Assembly: GCA_032718475.1 (NCBI GenBank)
Contig: JAUCBJ010008666.1
Span: 1 to 64,000, forward strand
Length of the DNA: 64,000 nt
Origin: Nemertoderma westbladi
Lineage: Eukaryota > Animalia > Xenacoelomorpha
Reading direction: 5' to 3'
Below, one piece after another: positions 37,401-47,999 of this stretch (position 1 is the stretch's first letter; each line of letters opens with the position of its first letter). The notes beneath the pieces are model-generated. The model was not told the DNA's origin. It made no database searches and worked only from the letters and a program-made list of their open reading frames with translations. The position numbers and the translations under genes were made by a program.

Positions 37401-40400
37401 CCTAATACTCTACTGCGTAATATACTACAGTAGTGCACCATACATATATTAACAATGATTTGCACTGGTGGAGTTCTATTTACAACTACTGAAATCATTC
37501 GATTGAACAAAAGTATCGGAATTCAACACATTGGAAGTCAAACTAATGTCAGTAGGGGCGGGGCATACATGAACAGTGGACCTTATATGTAGTCGAGACC
37601 TCTCCAACAATACTGTATCTAAGTGAAGAGTACACTTATAGTGTAGCTAGACTCTAGACCTGTCCAAACTACAACTGTCTGAACATGAACTAGAACAATG
37701 CACTTCAAATCCCTACCGTGTAGATTCGGGATATAGACGTCGAGCAATCTCATCGTACATCGTATGTACAACCGGTGTGCTTGGTAAGATATTGTTGCAA
37801 CGACCTCCGTAGAATGCTATGCTATACGTGGATGTACAGTAGAATTTCACCCGAGGCTCTAATAACTACGTCGCGTTAAACTACATAGAAACCAGCAGTT
37901 CCTTTCCTCCCATTGATTTACACCGCATATCTCGTGTGAGATGTTGACTGCGCACGCACAACATCGCATACGTCTTCGGATCAGCGAGCCATATAGCTAT
38001 GGATTTTGTACGAGTGATTCAGCATATCAGGGATCGATGCGCGCTGCATTTAATCCTTGTATATCGGTGACGGAGGACAGATCGATAAATAGTCCCCTTC
38101 ACCCTACATAACAGTCGCATTCGCCTATTATAGGCCTACTGTATATCGGTTTATGCTTGATAAATACAGTAGGAGGAACTGCTTCCATCGTGCGTGGTCC
38201 AGTTCCCAGTTGGCATGGTGACCAGACACTCCTACACAATGATTTTTTTAAAGGTGAATTAAAATCTTTCCGCTTGTTGTGTATGGAGGCGGGTTTGTCC
38301 ATTTATATCCATTTATAAGAATATTTAATTGAAATAATATGACCGACCTTATCCGTATCAGTTAAAATTGATTTACGGAGGAAGATATTCCGATATATAG
38401 GCCAACTGAACTCAATAGTCAATACACATCCTGATTTCTGATAAAAACGCCTTCGTCTGTAAAGCAACCATGAATAATTTAACACTAGCTGATGAGGATG
38501 AACTGTTTTCGGCTTGCATACAGTTTCAGAAGAAACCTAGGAAACTGTATACCAACATAGTCCCAAGTTGTCTTAGGATCCAGATCGAACCAATCCTAGT
38601 TCGGAAGAAATCCCAAGAGGTCTTAGGATCCAGATTGAACCAATCCTAGTTCGGAAGAAATCCCAAGTGGTCTTAGGATCCAGATTGAACCAATCCTAGT
38701 TCGGAAGAAATCCCAAGAGGTCTTAGGATCCAGATTGAACCAATCCTAGTTCGGAAGAAATCCCAAGTGGTCTTAGGATCCAGATTGAACCAATCCTAGT
38801 TCGGAAGAAATCCCAAGAGGTCTTAGGATCCAGATCGAACCAATCCTAGTTCGGAAGAAATCCCAAGAGGTCTTAGGATCCAGATCGAACCAATCCTAGT
38901 TCGGAAGAAATCCCAAGAGGTCTTAGGATCCAGATCGAACCAATCCTAGTTCGGAAGAAATCCCAAGAGGTCTTAGGATCCAGATTGAACCAATCCTAGC
39001 CAAGTGGTCTTAGGATCCAGATTGAACCAATCCTAGTTCGGAAGAAATCCCAAGAGGTCTTAGGATCCAGATCGAACCAATCCTAGTTCGGAAGAAATCC
39101 CAAGAGGTCTTAGGATCCAGATCGAACCAATCCTAGTTCGGAAGAAATCCCAAGAGGTCTTAGGATCCAGATTGAACCAATCCTAGTTCGGAAGAAATCC
39201 CAAGAGGTCTTAGGATCCAGATTGTACCAATCCTAGTTCGGAAGAAATCCCAAGAGGTCTTAGGATCCAGATCGAACCAATCCTAGTTCGGAAGAAATCC
39301 CAAGAGGTCTTAGGATCCAGATCGAACCAATCATAGTTCGGAAGAAGTATAAAGGAACTGAGTTCCTGACTGTCAATTCAATGCCTCCCCACCGTCTTGT
39401 TTTATACAGAACTAAACTCAATATTCGTTCCAACAGGACTTTAGTAGTCCTCCCGCTTGGCATGGCTGCTCTGTGGCCTTGAAGAACCCTAGTCTGGAGG
39501 GAAAATTCAATATTATGGTTTCCAACAGGTATGAGCTCGGGTCATCAATGAAATGGATCACTGTTACCGTGTCTGGGAATACCTAATTTACAAATGCTGT
39601 GGATGATCAAACTAATAACCGTGTCCCATCCTTCCAAGTTACAATGAAGATGAACTATATCTCATATGGGCTTATCAACACATTCTGAATCAAATGAAGG
39701 CAATACGCAACAGGTGTAAGTTGGGGAAATGGCTAGATGTTAAAGTTGTATCTAGTACATAACACAGGTTACAGTTTCATTTTTGGTCATAAGTCAACTA
39801 AACCATAACGGAATTAAGTTGTGCTTATTTATTGGGCGAAGATTTCCCATGGGCGAAGATTGCACTCAGTCGGAGATAGCTGCGTCCCTTTGGAAGTTCT
39901 CGGTAACACTATGTAACCGAGAACACCCAACACAATATTTTTAACGCTCAATAAAATGTTATCGATTGGTAATGGGTCTAGGGTATTCTATAGTGTTATA
40001 AGCCAACAACATTAGCATTGACGTTTCAACAACATCTGTGCTACAGATTCCTATGCCAACTCTATTTGCTGCAATGTAATATAGGCCTATGTAGTTCGAT
40101 AATGTGGAGTGCCACTTCGATGTAGGAGGAGGTCAGACTATAATGGTCAATTGTTTGTTTTCCCAATAACAAAGTACCAGTGTTCTACTGAACAATATAA
40201 TACTTGTTATTTTGTTAAACTTGGAGGTTCGCATCACATATATCATATTAATAAAAACAAATGCCATCACCTGTTATTCACATTGACGTACGGGCTGTGA
40301 ATTATACATTACCCGTAAACGCCCTAGCTTACATTGCACTACTACACGATTGGCGCGGTAGAAAATAGTTATCACACGTAGATGTTATATATTATTGAGG

Positions 40401-40489
40401 TATTTGAACTAACCTGCGCGTGTGAATCCATTTATAGAGAGCAACACGTTAGCAACAATATAAAGAAGAAAGTTTGATGGAAATTCCAT
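19279..40489 (-). CDS. GPI-anchored IgSF adhesion protein: signal peptide, 3 Ig domains, 1 FN3, hydrophobic tail (Klingon/Wrapper/lachesin-like architecture); 11 exons, 526 aa
   Basis: Exons 40489-40414, 29832-29643, 29421-29282, 26355-26222, 24896-24758, 24277-24121, 22052-21865, 21651-21527, 20474-20350, 20089-19977 and 19472-19279. All introns are GT-AG, phases are consistent, and the total of 1581 nt is one open frame. Confidence 0.88.
19977..20089 (-). CDS. IgSF gene exon 10 (FN3, C-part)
   Basis: LKPGSEYLVEVTSKNSQGVS matches the FN3 LxPxxxYxVxVxxxNxxG motif. Confidence 0.88.
20350..20474 (-). CDS. IgSF gene exon 9 (Cys-containing insert within FN3)
   Basis: The only open frame is phase 0 to 2, as required by the neighbouring exons; donor CAG|GTAGGT. 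Confidence 0.75.
21527..21651 (-). CDS. IgSF gene exon 8 (FN3, N-part)
   Basis: GRPVQP...SYLLEWVVVPP, with TTGCAG acceptor and GTAAGT donor. Confidence 0.8.
21865..22052 (-). CDS. IgSF gene exon 7 (Ig3, C-half)
   Basis: STLTV...FICNATNSIGSG. The acceptor TGTGTAG|G is phase 2 and is also the last unit of the 43-bp array. Confidence 0.88.
22034..23335 (-). repeat. 43-bp minisatellite, ~30 copies, consisting of the exon-7 splice acceptor plus the first ~19 exonic nt
   Basis: Unit on the - strand: GAGTTTKTATTGCCTCTTGTGTAG|GTACCAAGCTAAAAGTAAC. Confidence 0.95.
24121..24277 (-). CDS. IgSF gene exon 6 (Ig3, N-half)
   Basis: AMLHCQAEGRPVPEIAWYKNG; phase-2 donor GTGAGT. Confidence 0.92.
24758..24896 (-). 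CDS. IgSF gene exon 5 (Ig2, C-half)
   Basis: SLRVSKVSRKDGGRYRCQASNGHG, with TTTTAG acceptor and GTAAGT donor. Confidence 0.92.
26222..26355 (-). CDS. IgSF gene exon 4 (Ig2, N-half)
   Basis: PPEFI...GQSFRLKCVAKGRPNPNIVWTR, with TTTCAG acceptor and GTAAGT donor. Confidence 0.92.
27176..28213. repeat. (CATTGC)n hexamer microsatellite, ~1 kb, interrupted by a central poly-C tract at ~27678-27690
   Basis: Directly visible; lies within an intron of the IgSF gene. Confidence 0.98.
28220..28600 (+). mobile_element. Decayed RTE-like non-LTR retrotransposon 3' fragment
   Basis: FNYLGSWI followed by DLEIRK resembles the RT C-terminal FKYLGS region; the frame is broken downstream. Confidence 0.55.
29282..29421 (-). 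CDS. IgSF gene exon 3 (Ig V-like, C-half)
   Basis: LNIDNVRVEDEGFYGC fits DxGxYxC; donor G|GTAAGT. Confidence 0.92.
29643..29832 (-). CDS. IgSF gene exon 2 (Ig V-like, N-half)
   Basis: SVSLPCTF...VSWDR, with a TTTTAG acceptor and AG|GTATGT donor. Confidence 0.88.
37128..37348. mobile_element. Small MITE-like inverted-repeat element
   Basis: CCCATGTGAAGAATACCAGG(T/A)TTTCAC is inverted at 37322-37348, with an extra direct copy at ~37075. Confidence 0.65.
38561..39346. repeat. 50-bp tandem repeat, ~16 copies
   Basis: Unit TCCCAAGAGGTCTTAGGATCCAGATYGAACCAATCCTAGTTCGGAAGAAA, with one shortened unit at ~39000. Confidence 0.95.
40414..40489 (-). CDS. IgSF gene exon 1 (signal peptide MEFPSNFLLYIVANVLLSINGFTRA)
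   Basis: ATG, hydrophobic core and a phase-1 donor G|GTTAGT that matches the exon 2 acceptor phase. Confidence 0.7.
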
Positions 40490-42394
40490 TGTGAGAGAGA
40501 GATGGTAGGTAACCTTAGAAAGCCGTTAGATGCAGTGTATCAAGGGTTTCTTGATGCTTCATAAGTTAGAATTCTCAAGTAAGGCGCGGTCAGGGCAAGC
40601 TATACAGCATTATAAAGATGACACTCCTACTAAGCCGACCTTCAATCCACTTGTATGTATGATACGAGTTGAGAGCTTACTTATGTAGAAATTATATGAT
40701 AGTATATCTATATTATACTGGGACTCCTAATCTACACTTTAGTGTGCAGAAGCCCAGAAGCGATATAGCACACGCATATAGATGGTAGATCAGGGCGTGG
40801 CTCTAAGCAAAGTGTAATAAAGTGTGCCAAAATAATGGACTGAGAAATATCAACTAACTTGAGTTTCCTGGCCACCAGTATAGTGTAAGTGAATAAAGTG
40901 TGTGAGGTCCTTTACGCTAATTGAAATGCGATATATATTATTATAATGCAATTATAATGGTAGCTATCCTACGGCTTTATCTCTGTATGTCGTATCTAGT
41001 GTACAAATAAATTGCCTCTCACGTTCAAAGGAAATACACTGCGGAGAAAAGTGGCCGAAATTAACGGGCTTTATAGATAAAACGAGGGAGGGCAAATATA
41101 TTGGTCAGTGGGGAACTGCGACTAATGTTGGATTACTATTACTAAGTATGAAAAAATCTTTGAAGTTTAATTAACAGAAGTATGGGAGTATTGGTGTGAT
41201 AAATTGTACTATTTTGTTTAACTATAATTAATTAAAACGCTATGTCACTAAGAATCCTAAATGCTATTCTCCTCAAATCTATTATCATTATTGATTATTT
41301 TAAACTTGTACATTAGTATATACACACATTCGATCGAATTTTACACTACATAGTCGAAGGCCACATAATAAACATTTATCCAAAAAATAACACAATAATT
41401 GTTAATTGATTTCCAGAAGACAGGTCCTCAACATTAGGGAGTGATTGTGATTGAAGTGATACTGTGAAAGAAAGCGATCAAGGCCAACTGCTCAACAAAA
41501 GCACTGATTGACAGTGAAGAAGCCCTACAGTACCGGTAATATGAGCTGTACTGTTGTAGGCCTGTACGTCGCGGGTTACAACAGTAAACGGGGCCAAACG
41601 CTTTCCTTGAGAACAATAAAGGGAAAGCCGCGTTGTGGGAAACATAAGGGAAACAATAGCCCCATAAGCGGGGAGCTTTGTGAGGATAAGGATACCTACT
41701 GTGGTATAAAGTGATTGAGTAAAGATCGAGGCTTGGTAAAGATTATTAAATCGCAGTCGTAAACATTGATAATAAAACGTAATACTTGGGTGGGTTGGTT
41801 GCTAAATCAAGGATTGTCTAATTCAACCTTATGTAAAAAGGTTTGTAGTCTACAAGACTAACAGTAGTCCCAGCAGGTACGCGCTGAATTATCCTGTCTG
41901 CTCTAGTGACACGGAACACGGCCTCGCCCAGGCTGTTTTCAAAGCCCACAATTATTATAATTATTGTAAAGTTACAATGTGTGAAGGAAAGCCTACATTT
42001 ACGGTATTAATGAAAATTTAATTGGTTTTTTGTTGAAGTAATTTGATAAAACGTTAAAAAATGTATGTCTTTATCAGTAAATATCAAAACAGGGTTTATC
42101 TGAAAACCATAAACTGAAAGAATAATGTAGAGACGGCGTAAGCAGTGAATTGTTTCAGTTTCATTGAAGATTTGGAATGTAATAAATAATTTAGTCGAAT
42201 AGACATTCTATTCAACAAGTTCAGAATTATAGTCAGACATTTTTATGTTTACCAAATAGAATCTTAATAAAAACTTAACGTGTTGGGATTATAGTTGAAG
42301 ATGATGAAGGAGATTAAAATAAGAAATAGATAGCATAAAGGCATCTAACAATACACTGGATGCCGCTTTCCATTTTCCATATAGTGATATAATT

Positions 42395-43160
42395 ACTGTG
42401 CAGTTGTACAGCACGGCACTGTGCATTATTAGTACACGAAACTGTGCATTATTAGTACAGTACGGTACTGTGCAGTACGGTATTGTGAAGCACAGTACGG
42501 TACTGTGCAGTAGTGTAGTACGGTATTGTGAAGCAGTACAGAACGGCACTGTGCAGTACGGTGAAGCAGTACAGTACGGTACTGTGCAGTACGGTATTGT
42601 GATGCAGTATACAGTACGGTACTGCGCAGTACGGTGAAGCAGTAAAGAACGGCACTGTGCCGTACGGTAAAGCAGTACAGAACGGCACTGTGCCGTGCGG
42701 TGAAGCAGTACAGAACGGCACTGTGCCGTACGGTGAAGCAGTACAGAACGGCACTGTGCCGTACGGTGAAGCAGTACAGAACGGCACTGTGCCGTACGGT
42801 GAAGCAGTACAGAACGGCACTGTGCCGTACGGTGAAGCAGTACAGAACGGCACTGTGCCGTACGGTGAAGCAGTACATAACGGCACTGTGCCGTACGGTG
42901 AAGCAGAACAGTACGGTACTGCGCAGAACGGCTGTATGAAACAGTATAGTACGGTATGTACTCTGCAGTAGTACAGTACGGTACGGTACAATGCAGTAGT
43001 ACAGAACGCACTGTGCAGTACGGTACGGCACTGCTCAGTAGTACAATCGGTACTATGCAGTAGTGTAGTACAGTACGGCACTGTGCAGTACGATACGGCA
43101 CTGCGCAGTAGTACAGTACGGCGATGAGCAGTAGTATACAGTACGGCACTGTGCAGGAGT
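42395..43160. repeat. 33-bp core minisatellite (GAAGCAGTACAGAACGGCACTGTGCCGTACGGT) with degenerate flanks
   Basis: Directly visible; it explains the overlapping repetitive ORFs here. Confidence 0.9.
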
Positions 43161-43399
43161 AAGCTAGTACAGAAAACAAATTATAAACAATCTGGCAAAA
43201 CATTAGTGTTAGTTAATATTCGAATTTAAATTTATATTTGGAATGAGAAGAATATCTTCCGATGAGAAGACGATCAATAGGGTTTTAGGGAGGTATGTCG
43301 TTCAGACACTAACCATAATATTGTAGGCCTAGCGGGTTATGGAATAGGTAACTTCACGTCAGACATATCAATATCAACAGACAACAATACTACACGTTC

Positions 43400-43701
43400 G
43401 TGGGGCGGCGCGCAGCTCGCGAACTTGGGCAAGTTCGAAAGAAGTTCGGTTTGATCTGGAGTCAAAAGTTTGAGAGGTATTTGCCCGTAACTTTCAAACA
43501 TATTGGAACTTTTTTCTCTAGTATGCCCATACAAAATTTGATAAAAAAATGGTTAAAATCTTCCAAAGTTATTTACAAATGAATTTTTCATTACAGACGG
43601 ACAGACAGACTGACAGACAGACAGACGGACATGAAATTTTGCCCTATTTACTAATTATAATTGTGCGCTAAGGCTCGCCCTGACTGCGTGACTCGCCCCA
43701 C
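43400..43701 (+). mobile_element. Helentron/DINE-1-like non-autonomous repeat, copy 2
   Basis: A (GACA/GACG)n tract at 43594-43630 precedes the shared end GCTAAGGCTCGC...CTCGCCCCACA. Confidence 0.55.
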
Positions 43702-44340
43702 AGTATGTGTAAAGGAAGGAACCGAAAGGTAATAAACATATGTAGAGTAATAAATGTTAGGGCAATTCACATATACAAACGATACGAATGAAAATAACAA
43801 ACAATGACAAGCAAAAACATTCTTACGAGTTTGTATTGAAACACTGTTTGAATAATTTTAGAGACAAGTTATAAATGTAAAATCTGCTGCTAGTACAAAC
43901 GCCATTGGTAAGAATTAAAAGCTAAGGAAATGGGGTGCCGCCTATTGGCTGTAAGTTTCTTGGCTTGTGAGTGAGTTTTGGAGATTCCATCAATGCAGAC
44001 AGAAGACAAACAGTGCGAGCGTGGTGGTGGGGTGGTGGGATGCGTGGGTGTGGGGGGGGGGGGGGGGGGGGTTGTGATGGTAGTAACATGGACAATAAAC
44101 ACGCACGAGAGAGGGACCCAAAATATTAGTCTAGGGGTAATTCGGCAGCTAATTTAACAGAGGGGTATTTTCCCTTTTATTTAATATTCCAATGCGATGA
44201 GGTGATCAAAGAATACGCCGGCCTACATTATTTATGGTTTTTACATTTTGGGATGAGTACATAGATCAACATAAAATATATGATTACCCATAAAGCTTTG
44301 CAGCTTATTTTCAAGGGGATCCTTTATGTTACTTACTACG

Positions 44341-44678
44341 TACTCTGGAGTCCCGAATGGACGGGGTGGGTGGAATAAACGTAGTGGGTGGAAAATTTTG
44401 AAAAACTTCCTTAACATACAGTATAGACGTACTACAGGTACAGTACAGTAGTACCTACTGTACGTGGTATACTCAGTACACGGTTTTTGTTTTCTTTCAC
44501 TTTCAACTCTCAATTTTTATGAGAACAAACGTTTATTTAGGCCTACTCATAATATAAAATGTAGGCCTACTAAATTTTTTTGAAAAAATTATTAGTTAGG
44601 AATAAGATAATTGTGGGAGGATTTTTTTTTTCAAAAATTAATAGCCGTGTCGCCCCGTCTATTCGAGACTCCAGAGTA
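44341..44678. mobile_element. TA-flanked MITE (Tc1/mariner/pogo-type)
   Basis: TACTCTGGAGTCCCGAATGGACGGGG on the left pairs with CCCCGTCTATTCGAGACTCCAGAGTA on the right. Confidence 0.85.
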
Positions 44679-45402
44679 ATTGCACAACTTTGTACAACTT
44701 TACAAAAAAACAATAAACATTTTTATAAATTGGCAGCTAAATCTCACCTCTGTGTGCAGTGTGTAAAAATAAAAACAGTAGTACTACTTACAGTACTACA
44801 CTAAGTTATTATAATTTACTGATTTACTGTGTAGTACTTTACCTTTTATTTAACGTATGAAAGTGATAATAATTATATACATATTTATCGTAGAGCAAGG
44901 CATTGCCATATCGCTCTCGCGCTAAAGTTGTACTTAGTGTAATAACTTTTTAAATGAATTGTAGTCGGTTAGTGTAGTAATATTGTATAATAAGAGAACA
45001 TAAAGGACCCCATTATAAAGTAATTTAACAGAGGGATATCATAGAATACGAGGACATACATTTCCGTATTTATTGACCAATTGCTGCAATAATAAATAAG
45101 TGAATATTCTGGAGAAATTTTACATATTTCGCATTCATATAATAATTAATTGACACGCTGAATATCGCGACTATTTACATAATTAATTGTGTTTAATAAA
45201 CTTTTGCTAATTTGTGGGACGAGACATTTATAGCGAACAGACACAAGTCACTCAGGGGAGGGGGGGAGGGGGGGGGGGGGGGGGTGGTTCATTCATTCAT
45301 CGTTGTTGTTGTGGTCACGAGTTGATCTCCAGATGCCGCTGCAGCACATGGCGCAATGGCTGAAAGTGAACACTTTCACCGTTTACGTTTCCTTGATTTT
45401 AA

Positions 45403-47127
45403 GGGTGAGTACTAAACGGAGACCGGAGATGGCAGACCCCCAAGTACAAAAGGGAGACCCCCCAAATACAAAAGGGAGACCCCCCAAGTACAAAAGGGAG
45501 ACCCCCAAGTACAAAAGGGAGACCCCCCCAAGTACAAAAGGGAGACCCCCCCAAGTACAAAAGGGAGACCCCCCAAGTACAAAAGGGAGACCCCCCCAAG
45601 TACAAAAGGGAGACCCCCCCCAAGTACAAAAGGGAGACCCCCAAATACAAAAGGGAGACCCACCAAGTACAAAAGGGAGACCCCCAAGTACAAAAGGGAG
45701 ACCCCCCAAATACAAAAGGGAGACCCCCCCAAGTACAAAAGGGATACCCCCCCAAGTACAAAAGGGAGACCCCCATAAGTACAAAAGGGAGACCCCCCCC
45801 CCAAGTACAAAAGGGAGACCCCCCCAAGTACAAAAGGGAGACCCCCAAGTACAAAAGGGAGACCCCCCCAAGTACAAAAGGGAGACCCCCAAATACAAAA
45901 GGGAGACCCACCAAGTACAAAAGGGAGACCCCCAAGTACAAAAGGGAGACCCCCCAAATACAAAAGGGAGACCCCCCAAGTACAAAAGGGAGACCCCCCC
46001 AAGTACAAAAGGGAGACCCCCCCAAGTAGAAAAGGGAGACCCCCCCAAGTACAAAAGGGAGACCCCCAAATACAAAAGGGAGACCCACCAAGTACAAAAG
46101 GGAGACCCCCCAAGTACAAAAGGGAGACCCCCCAAATACAAAAGGGAGACCCCCCAAGTACAAAAGGGAGACCCCCAAGTACAAAAGGGAGACCCCCCAA
46201 GTACAAAAGGGAGACCCCCCAAGTACAAAAGGGAGACCCCCCCAAGTACAAAAGGGAGACCCCCCCAAGTACAAAAGGGAGACCCCCAAATACAAAAGGG
46301 AGACCCCCCAAGTACAAAAGGGAGACCCCCAAGTACAAAAGGGAGACCCCCCAAATACAAAAGGGAGACCCCCCCAAGTACAAAAGGGAGACCCCCCAAG
46401 TACAAAAGGGAGACACCCCCCCCCCCCCCCACAAAAACAAATAAATCTATTCAATATTAATTTCGGACAATTATTATATTATTAATTATCACAATTTGAC
46501 AATGAGAAAACGCCTGTATAATTGCCAGCCCAGACACGTAATTAAATAATAGCTTTCGCTCTCAGCACAATATCAACATGTTTGGAAGAAAACATAATGC
46601 ATTCTGTCGCCTTCAGAAAAAAACACATAAAATATTAAAAATATCTTCTCAGCACAAAAGTAATTAGTGATAATAATAGTAGTTAACAAACGAAATCTTT
46701 CCAAATTCCAAAACTTAAAATTAAGAATTAGTACTTGGGTACTTGAGTACTTTTGTACGTGGGGGGGGGGGGGGGGGGGGGGGGGTCTCCCTTTTGTACT
46801 TGGGGGGTCTCCCTTTTGTACTTGGGGTGGTCTCCCTTTTGTACTTGGAGGGGTCTCCCTTTTGTACTTGGGGGGGGGGGGGGGGGGGTCTCCCTTTTGT
46901 ACTTGGGTTAGGGTCTCCCTTTTGTACTTGGGGGGGTCTCCCTTTTGTACTTGGGGGGGGGGGGGGTCTCCCTTTTGTACTTGGGGAGGGGGGTCTCCCT
47001 TTTGTACTTGGGGGGGGGGGGGGGGGGGTCTCCCTTTTGTACTTGGGGGGGGGGGGGGGGGTCTCCCCTTTTGTATTTGGGGGGATCTCCCTTTTGTACT
47101 TGGGGGGTCTCCGTTTTGTACTCACCC
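45403..47127. mobile_element. Complete non-autonomous foldback/Mutator-like element with inverted minisatellite arms and a 9-bp TSD
   Basis: TIR GGGTGAGTAC(T/A)AAACGGAGACC at both ends; TSD TGATTTTAA at 45394-45402 and 47128-47136. Arms are (Cn-AAGTACAAAAGGGAGA) at ~45434-46430 and the reverse complement at ~46760-47120. Confidence 0.92.
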
Positions 47128-47171
47128 TGATTTTAATCAGTTTAACATTAAATGGTTTTGTTCAGAAATGG

Positions 47172-47274
47172 AAAAAATGAGAAAGCGCGTCACCAGGGGT
47201 TGAACCAGCGCTATACGTACGTTTTAGCCTATCAGGCCTCATCAGTAGCGCTAACCAGTTCAGCCACTTGACAC
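47172..47274 (-). ncRNA. tRNA-derived Pol III/SINE-like unit enclosing the hammerhead
   Basis: A box TGGCTGAACTGG (47266-47255), B box GGTTCAACCC (47206-47197), acceptor-like stem GTGTCA/TGACGC, and a T6 terminator at 47177-47172. Confidence 0.7.
47207..47252 (-). ncRNA. Minimal type I hammerhead ribozyme (GAAA core reads AAAA in this copy)
   Basis: The - strand reads AGCGCTA CTGATGA GGCCT-GAT-AGGCT AAAAC GTAC GTA TAGCGCT: 7-bp stem I, CUGAUGA core, stem II, palindromic stem III and a GUA cleavage triplet. Confidence 0.8.
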
Positions 47275-47999
47275 TGACATTCACTCACTCCAATTCATTT
47301 TATTAATCAGTTTAAGCTGAAGTTTAAACTTGACATAAGTTGATGCCATATATGGGACAGGCTACTTCTTGGTGGGAACGGTGCGCCATCTACACTTCAA
47401 AAGTTTGCCGCTAGAGGGCGATATGTCTGAAAGTGAAAACCTTCTTTCATTTCGTTATTTGGAATCCATTCAAGCTGAAACTCACAGATATCCGTGCTAG
47501 ACCAACCATAGGTTGCATATAATAATGGGTTAAAGTTAAAGAAAAATTACAAAAAAATATAAAATATCAGGCGTAAGAATACTGTACTGTATATAATTGT
47601 ATCATATCCATATCCAATTTATTACTAAATTTGAGTACTGTGGGCGTAAACAAGATTATATTATATTATATTAATTTTATACGGATGAAATCGTAACAAA
47701 TTATTATATAAGCATTATTATCGATAAATTAATTTATTTAATTTCCTGATTAACAGATTAATTAAGCTAATTAAGTCATTCAGCAAAATGTCCACCAGCA
47801 ACAAAGATTGGTACTCTGTACGTACAGTATGGTAATTCGTACCCGAAAGTAGAGGACAGAGCCTTACAGTAGTGCGCAGCGCAGCCTTACAGTAGTGCGC
47901 AGCGTAGCCTTACAGTAATGTGTAGGAAATGCACCAAATGTAACGAATAATGTATAAAACATGATGGGGCGGGGAAAAGTTGTAGTTTCAGTTTAGACA

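Noticed and set aside
38561-39346. Possible CRISPR array (also considered for 22034-23335 and 53197-57209)
   Set aside because: Head-to-tail repeats with no unique spacers, no cas genes, and a eukaryotic context.
42289-43203. 304-aa and overlapping Cys/Tyr-rich ORFs
   Set aside because: Products of the 33-bp minisatellite.
45290-45359. Candidate terminal exon for the 48-62 kb gene (TTTCAG acceptor, phase 1)
   Set aside because: Phase-compatible but short and low-complexity; indistinguishable from chance without cDNA.
45303-47203. 340-385-aa repetitive ORFs
   Set aside because: These are the arms of the foldback element, not protein-coding sequence.
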